From an uncultured Opitutia bacterium (GTDB taxonomy: Bacteria > Verrucomicrobiota > Verrucomicrobiia > Opitutales > Opitutaceae), in the NCBI GenBank assembly GCA_903872505.1, contig CAIQKV010000042.1, forward strand, positions 1,139 through 65,138: a stretch of 64,000 nucleotides of DNA, in the 5' to 3' direction. The position numbers and the translations under genes were made by a program. The notes under the pieces were generated by a model that made no database searches, had not been told where the DNA came from, and saw nothing but the letters and a program-made list of their open reading frames with translations. Below are positions 19,299 to 28,933 of the stretch, piece after piece (position 1 is the stretch's first letter; every line of letters begins with the position of its first letter).

Positions 19299-20177
19299 AT
19301 GATCGGCGCCCTTGGCACCCTGCTCTGCTTCGCCGTCACCCCGGTCTTCGCCCGGCGCGCCGCGCTGCTGCTCGGCAGCCTGCGGGCCAACTTCTGGCGG
19401 CTGGTCGCCGCGACGCTGCTTCTGGGCCTCTGGGCCCACCTGGCGGGACGCGGCACCGGCGGCGCCGCGTTCGGCTGGTTTTTCCTGGGAGGGGTCGTGG
19501 GCTTCGGCGTGGGCGGCGTGGCGATGTTCCAGTCGCTCCCGCGGCTCGGTTCCAACCTTTCCACGCTCATCGTGCAGTGCGGCTCCGCCATCGTCGCCGC
19601 CGCGGTCGAATGGCGCTGGCTCGGCACGCTGCTCACACCCGCCCAGCTTGCCTGCGCCGCCCTCACGCTCGCCGGCATTTTCATCGGCCTCCTCCCGCGC
19701 AGCCTGCCGCGGGTGGCGCCCGCGCAATGGACCGCCGGCGTGGCCTGGGCCGTCCTCTCCGCGCTCGGCCAGGGCATCGGCGCGGTCATCAGCCGCAAGG
19801 CCTTCGCCACCGCCGCCGCCTGGCACCAGGCGATGGATCCCGGCACCGCCGCGTACCAGCGCGCCTTGGGCGGACTGCTGGTGGCCGCCCTCGTCGTGCT
19901 CGCCGTCCGCCCGCGCCGGCCGGATCCCCTCCCGCCGGGCCGCGCCTGGCCGTGGGTCCTGGGCAACGCCCTCACCGGCCCCGTCCTCGGCGTGACCTGT
20001 TTCCAATGGGCCCTGCGCACCACCCCCGCGGGCATCGTGCAGCCGATCGTCGCCGCGGCCCCCCTTCTCACCATCCCGTTCGCCGCCCGGCTCGAGGGTT
20101 CGCGGCCGCGCGCCTCCTATTACGTCGGCGCCGCCCTCGCGGTCGCGGGGGTCGCCGGCCTGCTCGTCTGGCACTGA
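19299..20177 (+). CDS. DMT (EamA-like) family transporter
   Basis: About 10 TM segments. Clear paralog of the gene at 30070-30981. The ATG at 19299 (MIGALGTLLCF) is preferred; the track ORF from 19143 overlaps the receptor gene. Confidence 0.8.
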   Translation: MIGALGTLLCFAVTPVFARRAALLLGSLRANFWRLVAATLLLGLWAHLAGRGTGGAAFGWFFLGGVVGFGVGGVAMFQSLPRLGSNLSTLIVQCGSAIVAAAVEWRWLGTLLTPAQLACAALTLAGIFIGLLPRSLPRVAPAQWTAGVAWAVLSALGQGIGAVISRKAFATAAAWHQAMDPGTAAYQRALGGLLVAALVVLAVRPRRPDPLPPGRAWPWVLGNALTGPVLGVTCFQWALRTTPAGIVQPIVAAAPLLTIPFAARLEGSRPRASYYVGAALAVAGVAGLLVWH

Positions 20178-20230
20178 GCCACTCTGGGCTCGCGATTGCC
20201 CGCCCAACCCCTTCAGAAAAGACCCAGCCT

Positions 20231-21220
20231 ATGAAATACCGTCCCTTCGGAAAACACGGATTTGACTGCTCGGAAATCGGCTTCGGCGCCTGGGCCATCG
20301 GCGGCGGCTGGGGCGCGCAGGCCGACACCGACTCGCTCGCCGCGCTGAACCGCGCGCTCGACCTCGGGTGCAACTTCATCGACACCGCCGCCGGCTACGG
20401 CAACGGCCGCAGCGAGAAGCTCGTCGCCCGCGTGCTCCGCGAGCGCGCCGCCGCGGGAAAAAAGGACAAGGTCTTCGTCGCGACCAAGACCCCGCCCGGC
20501 CCCGGGCTCTGGCCGCCGTCCCCCTATTGCCAGGCCGACGAGCGCTACTCCGAGGCCTACGTGCGCGCGAATGTCGCCGAGCGCTGCGCCTACCTTGGCA
20601 CCGACCGGCTCGACCTGCTCCAGCTCCACACCTGGACCCGCGCGTGGAACCGCAATCCCACCCCGTTCAAGCTGCTCCGCGAGCTGCAGCGCGAGGGCAA
20701 GATCGGCCTCATCGGCGTCTCCACCCCCGAGCACGACCAGAACAGCGTCATCGACCTGATGCGCGGCGGCTGGGTCGACGCCGTGCAGGTGATCTACAAC
20801 CTGTTTGAGCAGGAACCCGCCGCCGAGCTGCTCGATGTCGCCAAGGAATGCGGCGTCGGCATCATCGTGCGCGTCGTCTTCGACGAGGGCGTGCTCACCG
20901 GCAAGTTCAAGGCGGACACCCGCTTCCCGTCCGGCGATTTCCGCAGCGTCTATTTCGCCGGCGACCGCCTCGGCCGCGCCGTCCAGCGCTCCGAGGCCAT
21001 CCGGCTGGACCTCGCCAGCACCGGCCTGACGATGGCCCAGGGGGCGCTCAAGTTCGTCCTCGCCCACCCCGCCGTCTCGACGGTGATCCCCGGCATCCGC
21101 AATGTCGCCCAGGCCGAGGCCAACTGCGGCGCGTGCGACCTGCCCGACCTGACGCCCGCGGTCCTGCTCCGGCTCCGCCGCCACAACTGGCGCCGCGCGT
21201 TCTGGTATGCCGGCAAGTGA
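20231..21220 (+). CDS. aldo/keto reductase
   Basis: Starts MKYRPFGKHGFDCSEIGFGAWAIGG, then IDTAAGYGNGRSE and LDLLQLHTW. 329 aa. Confidence 0.9.
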   Translation: MKYRPFGKHGFDCSEIGFGAWAIGGGWGAQADTDSLAALNRALDLGCNFIDTAAGYGNGRSEKLVARVLRERAAAGKKDKVFVATKTPPGPGLWPPSPYCQADERYSEAYVRANVAERCAYLGTDRLDLLQLHTWTRAWNRNPTPFKLLRELQREGKIGLIGVSTPEHDQNSVIDLMRGGWVDAVQVIYNLFEQEPAAELLDVAKECGVGIIVRVVFDEGVLTGKFKADTRFPSGDFRSVYFAGDRLGRAVQRSEAIRLDLASTGLTMAQGALKFVLAHPAVSTVIPGIRNVAQAEANCGACDLPDLTPAVLLRLRRHNWRRAFWYAGK

Positions 21221-21232
21221 CCGGCCGCCGCC

Positions 21233-21601
21233 GTGACCACGCTGATCCTGCTGGCCCCGCTCTTCCTCGCCTTCGAGGTCTGGCAGCTCGTCATCAGCGA
21301 ACGCTACCTCGGCATCAAGCAGATCGCCCGCAACGGCGACCCGCGCGCACTCGGGCTGGGCGAGTTCACCGCGTTCCTCTGGAGCGCCGCCCTGTTCGCC
21401 TACTGGCTGTGGATGCTCGGGCTCGTGCTGGCGCCGTTCAGCCGCGTGCACGGGCTCTGCCTGCTCGCCGTCTCCGCCGTGGGCTTCTCGCTGCGGCGCA
21501 ACAGCGGGCTCAAGTGGGTGCTCGTCATCCTCACGTTCGAGGGCGCGGTCCGGGTCGGGCTGCTCGTCTCGCTCTTCGGGATGGCGTGGCGCCGGCTGTG
21601 A
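21233..21601 (+). CDS. small integral membrane protein, unknown function
   Basis: 122 aa with a GTG start, 3-4 hydrophobic helices and good GC3. Tightly spaced between the flanking genes. Confidence 0.55.
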   Translation: MTTLILLAPLFLAFEVWQLVISERYLGIKQIARNGDPRALGLGEFTAFLWSAALFAYWLWMLGLVLAPFSRVHGLCLLAVSAVGFSLRRNSGLKWVLVILTFEGAVRVGLLVSLFGMAWRRL

Positions 21602-21603
21602 GC

Positions 21604-22080
21604 ATGCCCTTCCCCGAGTTCACCCGCCCGTCGCCCAACTGCGACGCCACCGTGCCGCATGAGCAGCTCGGCGTGGTCTTCCACCACACCGTCATCTCGT
21701 TCGACGAGACCATCGCGCTCATGACCGACCCGGCGCGCCAGGTCAGCTACCACTGCGTCATCGCCCCCGACGGCACCCGCTGCACCCTCGTGCCCGACGC
21801 GCATGTCGCCTGGCACGCCGGCGTGTCGTCGTTCCGGGGCCGGGCCGGCTGCAACGCCTTCCTCCTCGGCCTGTCCTTCGCCGGCGACACCTATGCCGCG
21901 CCCCTCACCGCGGCGCAGCTCGCCTCCGCCCTGGAATGGCTCGCCCCGCGCTGGTTCCGTCACGGCTGGACAATCGACGGGATGACCGACCACCGCCAGG
22001 TCGCCCCCGGCCGCAAGGACGACCTCAACCCGGTCGAGTGGGACCGCCTGCGCGCCGCGCTCGTCGCCCGGTTCGGCTAG
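21604..22080 (+). CDS. N-acetylmuramoyl-L-alanine amidase, AmpD-like (Amidase_2)
   Basis: Motifs VVFHHTV, HVAWHAGVSSFRG, NAFLLGLSFAG and HRQVAPGRKDDLNP. Confidence 0.85.
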   Translation: MPFPEFTRPSPNCDATVPHEQLGVVFHHTVISFDETIALMTDPARQVSYHCVIAPDGTRCTLVPDAHVAWHAGVSSFRGRAGCNAFLLGLSFAGDTYAAPLTAAQLASALEWLAPRWFRHGWTIDGMTDHRQVAPGRKDDLNPVEWDRLRAALVARFG

Positions 22081-22087
22081 CCCGCCG

Positions 22088-22471
22088 CTACGCCCGGAAC
22101 CGCCGCGTCTCCGCCTTCGGCGCCGGCTCCGCGAAGGACCGCGCGAAAAATTCCTGCGCCGCGTCCATCAGCTTCGCGTACTGGTGGTAGTCCCCCGCGA
22201 ACGAATTCGGCACGCAGATGCGCCGGATCCGGCCCCGGCCGATCTGGTCGGGCGCCGCGCGGTCGGGCGTGATCTCCAGCGAACAGCGCGGCGCCGCCGC
22301 ATGCACCACGAAATGCCGCGCCCCGTCGCGCCCGTCGCATTCCACCCGCCAAAAGTCCGCCAAGCTCACCGGCATGGCCCAGCCATGGCACGGATCCGCC
22401 CGGATGGGAAACCCAAAGGCGCGCCCGGCCGCGCAATCCGTGGTTGAAAATTCCCCGCCTGCATCGCACAT
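22088..22471 (-). CDS. hypothetical protein
   Basis: Strong GC3 in the 3' two-thirds (…FWRVECDGRDGARHFVVHAAAPRCSLEITPD…GDYHQYAKLMDAAQEFFARSF). No family recognised. Start is uncertain: ATG at 22471, or MPVSL at 22375. Confidence 0.45.
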   Translation of the reverse strand: MCDAGGEFSTTDCAAGRAFGFPIRADPCHGWAMPVSLADFWRVECDGRDGARHFVVHAAAPRCSLEITPDRAAPDQIGRGRIRRICVPNSFAGDYHQYAKLMDAAQEFFARSFAEPAPKAETRRFRA

Positions 22472-22496
22472 CTTTGCCGCGGTCGCGACGCTCCCC

Positions 22497-23822
22497 ATGA
22501 CGCATTCCCCACCGAACCCCCCGCTGCCCAAGTGGATTTTCTTCCTGACCGACGCCGTCCTGCTGGGCGCGGCCTGGTACATTGCCAGCCGGAGCCCCGG
22601 GCCCCTGTCGGCCACTTCCGTCTTCGCGATCACGGCCTGCGTCATCGCCGGCGCCATCATCGGCACGATCCCACTCGTCATCCACTACGAGCGGGAAAAG
22701 AACGAGACCCTCGACGACCGCCAGCGCGCGCTGGAGGCGCTCGCCCGCACCGTCGCCACGTCCGCCGAGCAGATCAGCATCGCCGCGTCGGGCCTGCATG
22801 AAATCGCCGAGCTCGCGCAGCGGAATCTCCGGAAGGCCGAGCAGCTCCCCGCCACGCTCGAGACGAAGATCGGCGAGTTCCAGTCCCTGCTCGCCAACGC
22901 CCAGGCGGACGAGCGCGAGGAATTGAAGAAGGAGCTCGCCCAGGTCCGCGCCTCCGAAAGCGACCGGCTCGAGGCCATCGCCGACAAGGTCGACCACGCC
23001 GCCGCCGAGCTCACCAAGCTCGAGGCCGCCGCGTCGAAGCACCTCGCCGCCGCCCAGGCCGCCATCGCCCGCGCGCCGGAGGCGCTGGCCGCCGCCACCA
23101 CCGCGGCGCTGGCCGAGATCGACTCCAAGCTCGCCGCCCGCGCCGCCGCGCCCCCTCCGCCGCCGCCGGCTCCGCCCGCCGAGGAGGTCCCGGAGGAGGA
23201 AGCCGCGAATGCCAAAAAAATCGAGCCGGTCGTGCCCAGCAGCACCTCGCCCTTCAACGGGAGCATTGTCGCCACCGAGGCCCCGCCCGCGGCCGAGTCC
23301 CCCGCGCCGGCCGCGCCCGAGTCTCCCGCGCCCGTTGCCACGGAATCACCCGCCCCCGCCGCGCCGCCCGCCGGGGAGCCCAAGCCCGTCCGGAAGCGCG
23401 CGCCGAGAAAACCCAAGCCGGTCGAACCCGCCGCACCCGCCCTCAGCCTCGGCATCGAGGAGCCCGCCGCGCCTGCGGCGCCGGCCGACGAGTTCAGCCA
23501 GAGCGCACCCGAGGAGCCGGCCGGCACCATCGCCGAGGTGATCGAGAAGGTCATCTCCTCCGACGGGGCCACCCGCCTGCTCGTCACCGCCTACATCGGC
23601 ATCGGCAACCGCCTCTTCATCCGCGGCGACGGCCCCGGCCTGAGCTGGGACAAGGGCGTGCCGCTCCAGTTTGTCTCCATCGGCAAGTGGCGCTGGGAAA
23701 CCGCCGACGCGACCGCGCCGGTGAAGTTCAAGCTTTTCAAGAACGACGAGTCCGAGTGCACCGCCCTCGGCGCCCAGAGCCTCGAGCCCGGCCACCAGCA
23801 GGAAATCACGGCGACGTTCTGA
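22497..23822 (+). CDS. membrane-anchored coiled-coil protein with Pro/Ala-rich repeat linker and C-terminal beta-rich domain
   Basis: 441 aa from the ATG at 22497 (MTHSPPNPP). Two N-terminal TM helices, a ~200-aa heptad-like Ala/Glu/Leu region, a PPPPPPAPP/ESPAPAAP linker, and a C-terminal ~100 aa reading …RLFIRGDGPGLSWDKGVPLQFVSIGKWRWE…VKFKLFKND. Confidence 0.75.
   Translation: MTHSPPNPPLPKWIFFLTDAVLLGAAWYIASRSPGPLSATSVFAITACVIAGAIIGTIPLVIHYEREKNETLDDRQRALEALARTVATSAEQISIAASGLHEIAELAQRNLRKAEQLPATLETKIGEFQSLLANAQADEREELKKELAQVRASESDRLEAIADKVDHAAAELTKLEAAASKHLAAAQAAIARAPEALAAATTAALAEIDSKLAARAAAPPPPPPAPPAEEVPEEEAANAKKIEPVVPSSTSPFNGSIVATEAPPAAESPAPAAPESPAPVATESPAPAAPPAGEPKPVRKRAPRKPKPVEPAAPALSLGIEEPAAPAAPADEFSQSAPEEPAGTIAEVIEKVISSDGATRLLVTAYIGIGNRLFIRGDGPGLSWDKGVPLQFVSIGKWRWETADATAPVKFKLFKNDESECTALGAQSLEPGHQQEITATF
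23295..23366 (+). repeat. in-frame 3 x 24-nt tandem repeat (ESPAPAAP / ESPAPVAT / ESPAPAAP)
   Basis: GAGTCCCCCGCGCCGGCCGCGCCC / GAGTCTCCCGCGCCCGTTGCCACG / GAATCACCCGCCCCCGCCGCGCCG, inside the CDS at 22497-23822. Confidence 0.9.
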
Positions 23823-23848
23823 TCTGTCCGCGCATTCCGAGACCGACG

Positions 23849-24166
23849 ATGAGCATCCATCCCCATGCGGCTGAGTATTGGATGAAGATGCCGACGGAGA
23901 AGCTGCAGGAGGCGCTGTCCAACGAGGCGGAGGACGGCGGCAACTCCAAGGTCATCCGGGCCATCCTCGACACCCGGAATTCCAGCCAGATCGCCAAGGC
24001 CATGATGGCCGTCACCGAGTCCAACCGGGCGCTGGTCGAGGAGATCAAGCAGATCGCCATCCGCAACCAGTCCACCTCGGTGCGCCTCGGGCGCATCACG
24101 ATCTGGTTGTCGATCCTGGCCACGGTCACCGGCCTCGGCGCGTGGGTCGCCATCCTGCTGAAGTGA
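23849..24166 (+). CDS. small C-terminally membrane-anchored protein, unknown function
   Basis: 105 aa from the ATG at 23849 (MSIHPHAAEYWMKMPTEKL…), with a single C-terminal TM (ITIWLSILATVTGLGAWVAILL). The stop overlaps the GTG of the next gene (GTGA). Confidence 0.5.
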   Translation: MSIHPHAAEYWMKMPTEKLQEALSNEAEDGGNSKVIRAILDTRNSSQIAKAMMAVTESNRALVEEIKQIAIRNQSTSVRLGRITIWLSILATVTGLGAWVAILLK

Positions 24167-25779
24167 CCCGCCGGCCGGCGGCGCCGGTCATCCGGTTCGC
24201 GCCGCCCCCCGAGCCAGTGTCCCTCACCGATTACCCCATCCCGGGCGACACCCGCAGCCGGTCGTTCCGCGTCAGTGCGGACCATCAGGCCGTGACCGTG
24301 GTGGAAACCCCGCCCATGGACGCCGCCGAGCGGCAGCGCCTATCCGACGCGTACCGCCGCCTGCCCGACTACTGCCACATCTCCGACCCGGCGTGCATGC
24401 ACCTGCACTACGCGCACTTTGCCGCCGCCGGCGAGGTGGTGATCCGCATTGAAGCCGCGGAGGAGATCCGCGCCTTTCGCATCCATCCGCTCCGGCGCGG
24501 GATCGTGGGCCGGGCCGACGGCCGCGTCCTGACCTTTGCCACCGGCAACCGGGAACCGCGCTATTTCATTGTCCGCATCAACGCCCTCCCACCCCTGATG
24601 CTCGTGATCGAGTCGCCGGAATCCTCCCTTCCCGTCCCCGGCGATGCCGGCGTGATCGACGCCGGGGCATTCCTCACCGACCGCACCGGCGCCACCGATC
24701 AGACGGAGAATTTTCACCGGGCCCTCGCCGCCGCCAACGGGTCCGGGCAAACGCTCCTCGTGCCTCCCGGCATCTACGCGGTGACCCAGCTGCACGTGCG
24801 GGACGGGCGCAATTTCCGCCTGCATCTCTCCGCCGGCTGCCTGCTGCGAATCAGCCCCAGCGCCCACGGTGAAAACGAACACCGCCACGGATTATGGCTG
24901 GAGAACTGCGAGGACGTCGCGGTGCTGGGACGCGGCTGCATCGACCACCAAGCCTACGAGCACTACGTCCGCGGCGGGAACAATTACCAGCATGGCATGG
25001 TGGATTACTACACCGCCAACGACCTGTGCCCCTGGATCACCCAGTCGCCCCTCTTCATCACCGGCTCGCGCCGGATCCGGGTGGACGGCCTCACGATCCG
25101 CAACGGCCGGAACTTCAATCTCAACTGCCGCAACTGCGACGACCTCACGCTGCGCCGCATCAAGATCCTCACGCCACCCGCGTGCACGCCCGAGTATGCG
25201 GACGGCATCAACACCGGCAGCTGCCGCCAGGTCCTGATCGAGGACTGCCTCGTGGCCTGCAACGACGACTGCTTCGCCTCCGGGCACTACTTCGCCACCT
25301 GCGACACCCGCTCGTCCCAACACCACGTCGTCCGGCGCATGCTCGGGTGGAACATGCGCGCCAGCGCCGTGCGCCTGGGCTTCTTCGCCGCCCATGACCA
25401 GGGCGACTTCACCTTTGAGGACTGTGACTTTGTCGCCCTCGCCCACACTTCCCTGCTGATCCACGCCCTCCAGCCCGGCCCGGACGGCGCGGCCGCCAGG
25501 TATGGCGTCATCCGGGCCGTGGACTGCGCGTTTGACGATGCCTCCGGGTTAAAGGCGTTGCTGGAAGTGCAGAAGGCCGCGATCCGGCGTTTGGAACTCG
25601 TCAATGTGTCCTACCACGGGGAGCCACGGCCGGACGCGCTGTTGCTGGTCGAGGGCGACCCCGGCGCACCTCTCGAGCGGCTGCTGCTGGAAAACCTCAC
25701 CCTCGACGGCCGCCCGGCCAGCCGACTCGACCAGATCCCCGCCCGGATCAGTGGCGTGAAACAGGTCGTGGTCAGATAG
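24163..25779 (+). CDS. right-handed beta-helix protein, GH28 (polygalacturonase)-like glycoside hydrolase
   Basis: Sequence …TDQTENFHRALAAANGSGQTLLVPPGIYAV… (pectate-lyase-fold N-cap), NGRNFNLNCRNCDDLTL, YADGINTGSC and ACNDDCFASG (GH28-like D-D/DD pattern). Start is uncertain: I prefer the GTG at 24163, while the track gives 23878. Confidence 0.7.
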   Translation: MTRRPAAPVIRFAPPPEPVSLTDYPIPGDTRSRSFRVSADHQAVTVVETPPMDAAERQRLSDAYRRLPDYCHISDPACMHLHYAHFAAAGEVVIRIEAAEEIRAFRIHPLRRGIVGRADGRVLTFATGNREPRYFIVRINALPPLMLVIESPESSLPVPGDAGVIDAGAFLTDRTGATDQTENFHRALAAANGSGQTLLVPPGIYAVTQLHVRDGRNFRLHLSAGCLLRISPSAHGENEHRHGLWLENCEDVAVLGRGCIDHQAYEHYVRGGNNYQHGMVDYYTANDLCPWITQSPLFITGSRRIRVDGLTIRNGRNFNLNCRNCDDLTLRRIKILTPPACTPEYADGINTGSCRQVLIEDCLVACNDDCFASGHYFATCDTRSSQHHVVRRMLGWNMRASAVRLGFFAAHDQGDFTFEDCDFVALAHTSLLIHALQPGPDGAAARYGVIRAVDCAFDDASGLKALLEVQKAAIRRLELVNVSYHGEPRPDALLLVEGDPGAPLERLLLENLTLDGRPASRLDQIPARISGVKQVVVR

Positions 25780-25793
25780 CCCCGGCCCGCGGT

Positions 25794-25997
25794 TCAGTAA
25801 TGCGGCGGGCGGTCGTCGGCCGGGTCCTCGCCCGCGGCCCCGCCGGCGGCGCCGGTTTGCCGCTCGCGCAGCGTCTGCAGTTCCAAGCGCAGCCGGGCGA
25901 GCGTCTCCGCCAGCTCGAGCATCACCTTGTCCTGCTCCGTCACATGGCGCTCGAGATAGGCGACCTTCTCCTCCAGCCGCTGGACCCGGTCGTTCAT
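25794..25997 (-). CDS. slyX: SlyX-family protein
   Basis: 67 aa: MNDRVQRLEEKVAYLERHVTEQDKVMLELAETLARLRLELQTL…DDRPPHY. A coiled coil with the characteristic PPHY C-terminus. The start overlaps the upstream stop (ATGA). Confidence 0.85.
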   Translation of the reverse strand: MNDRVQRLEEKVAYLERHVTEQDKVMLELAETLARLRLELQTLRERQTGAAGGAAGEDPADDRPPHY

Positions 25998-26569
25998 TTC
26001 GACGGTTGCTTCAGTTTCTCCAGCTCGGGAATCACCACGCGCTGGTAGCAGTCCGGGCAGATGGAGTGGCTGAATTCGGTGCCGGTGTGCTGGTTGATGT
26101 AACCCTCGATCTGCTGCCAGTAATTTTTGTCGTCGCGGATTTTTTTGCAGTAGGAGCAGATCGGGAGCATCTCCTCGAGCTGGCGGACCTGGGTGGCGTA
26201 CCGGAGGATGCGCTCGGCCACGCGCAGCCGGTTCCACAATTCCTCGAAGTTGAGCGGCTTCGTGAGAAAATCGTCCACGCCCGCATCCGCCGCCGCCTGC
26301 TGGTTCTCGCCGGTCGCATCGCGGGCCGTCAGCAGAATGAAATAAGTGTAGTCCGCCTCCGCCGCCTTGCGGATCTTCCGGCAGAGTTCGAGCCCGTCCA
26401 TCACCGGCATGGCCCAGTCGGCCACCACGACCCGCATCGGCTGCCTGGCCAGCAACTGCCAGGCTTCCGCGCCGTCGGCCGCCTCGACGACCTCGTGCCC
26501 GAGCTTGCGCAGCGCCTGGCGCAGGACCGCTCGGGACACCGCATCGTCTTCCACGGCCAGGATTTTCAC
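25994..26569 (-). CDS. response regulator (REC domain) with C-terminal four-Cys module
   Basis: REC domain: MKILAVEDDAVSR…VVADWAMPVMDGLELCRKIR…LTKPL. C-terminus: LPICSYCKKIRDDKNYWQQIEGYINQHTGTEFSHSICPDCY. Confidence 0.9.
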   Translation of the reverse strand: MKILAVEDDAVSRAVLRQALRKLGHEVVEAADGAEAWQLLARQPMRVVVADWAMPVMDGLELCRKIRKAAEADYTYFILLTARDATGENQQAAADAGVDDFLTKPLNFEELWNRLRVAERILRYATQVRQLEEMLPICSYCKKIRDDKNYWQQIEGYINQHTGTEFSHSICPDCYQRVVIPELEKLKQPSK

Positions 26570-26621
26570 GCCTGCCAGCGTGAGCCGCCACCCGCCCGCG
26601 GCGCAACGTGGAAAAGCGGTC

Positions 26622-28772
<2,151 letters not shown>

Positions 28773-28838
28773 CGGGCAGCACGCTCACCCAAAGCCGCCC
28801 AGATGCAAAGATTTTGGGCGAAAAGTTGCCAGGTTCCC

Positions 28839-28894
28839 GTAGCTACGAGCGTGAGCGAGTGGCCTTTCCTCCACTCGCTCACGCTCGTGGCTAC
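28839..28894. repeat. REP-like palindromic element, family 1, copy 1
   Basis: Arms GTAGCTACGAGCGTGAGCGAGTGG / CCACTCGCTCACGCTCGTGGCTAC form a 24-bp stem with one G-T pair. Loop is the 8-nt CCTTTCCT. A near-identical copy lies at 51632-51687. Confidence 0.9.
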
Positions 28895-28933
28895 ATTTCG
28901 GGCGCTTGGCGCTTAGCGCTTAAAGCTTACCAC

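Noticed and set aside
23295-23366. Tandem 24-nt repeats that could be mistaken for a mini CRISPR or VNTR locus.
   Set aside because: They are contiguous with no spacers, in frame, and encode a Pro/Ala linker inside a well-supported CDS.
28901-28928. Four tandem 7-mers (GGCGCTT GGCGCTT AGCGCTT AAAGCTT) beside REP copy 1, as an independent regulatory repeat.
   Set aside because: It is too short and degenerate to interpret alone and is absent beside REP copy 2. It is mentioned only within the REP finding.
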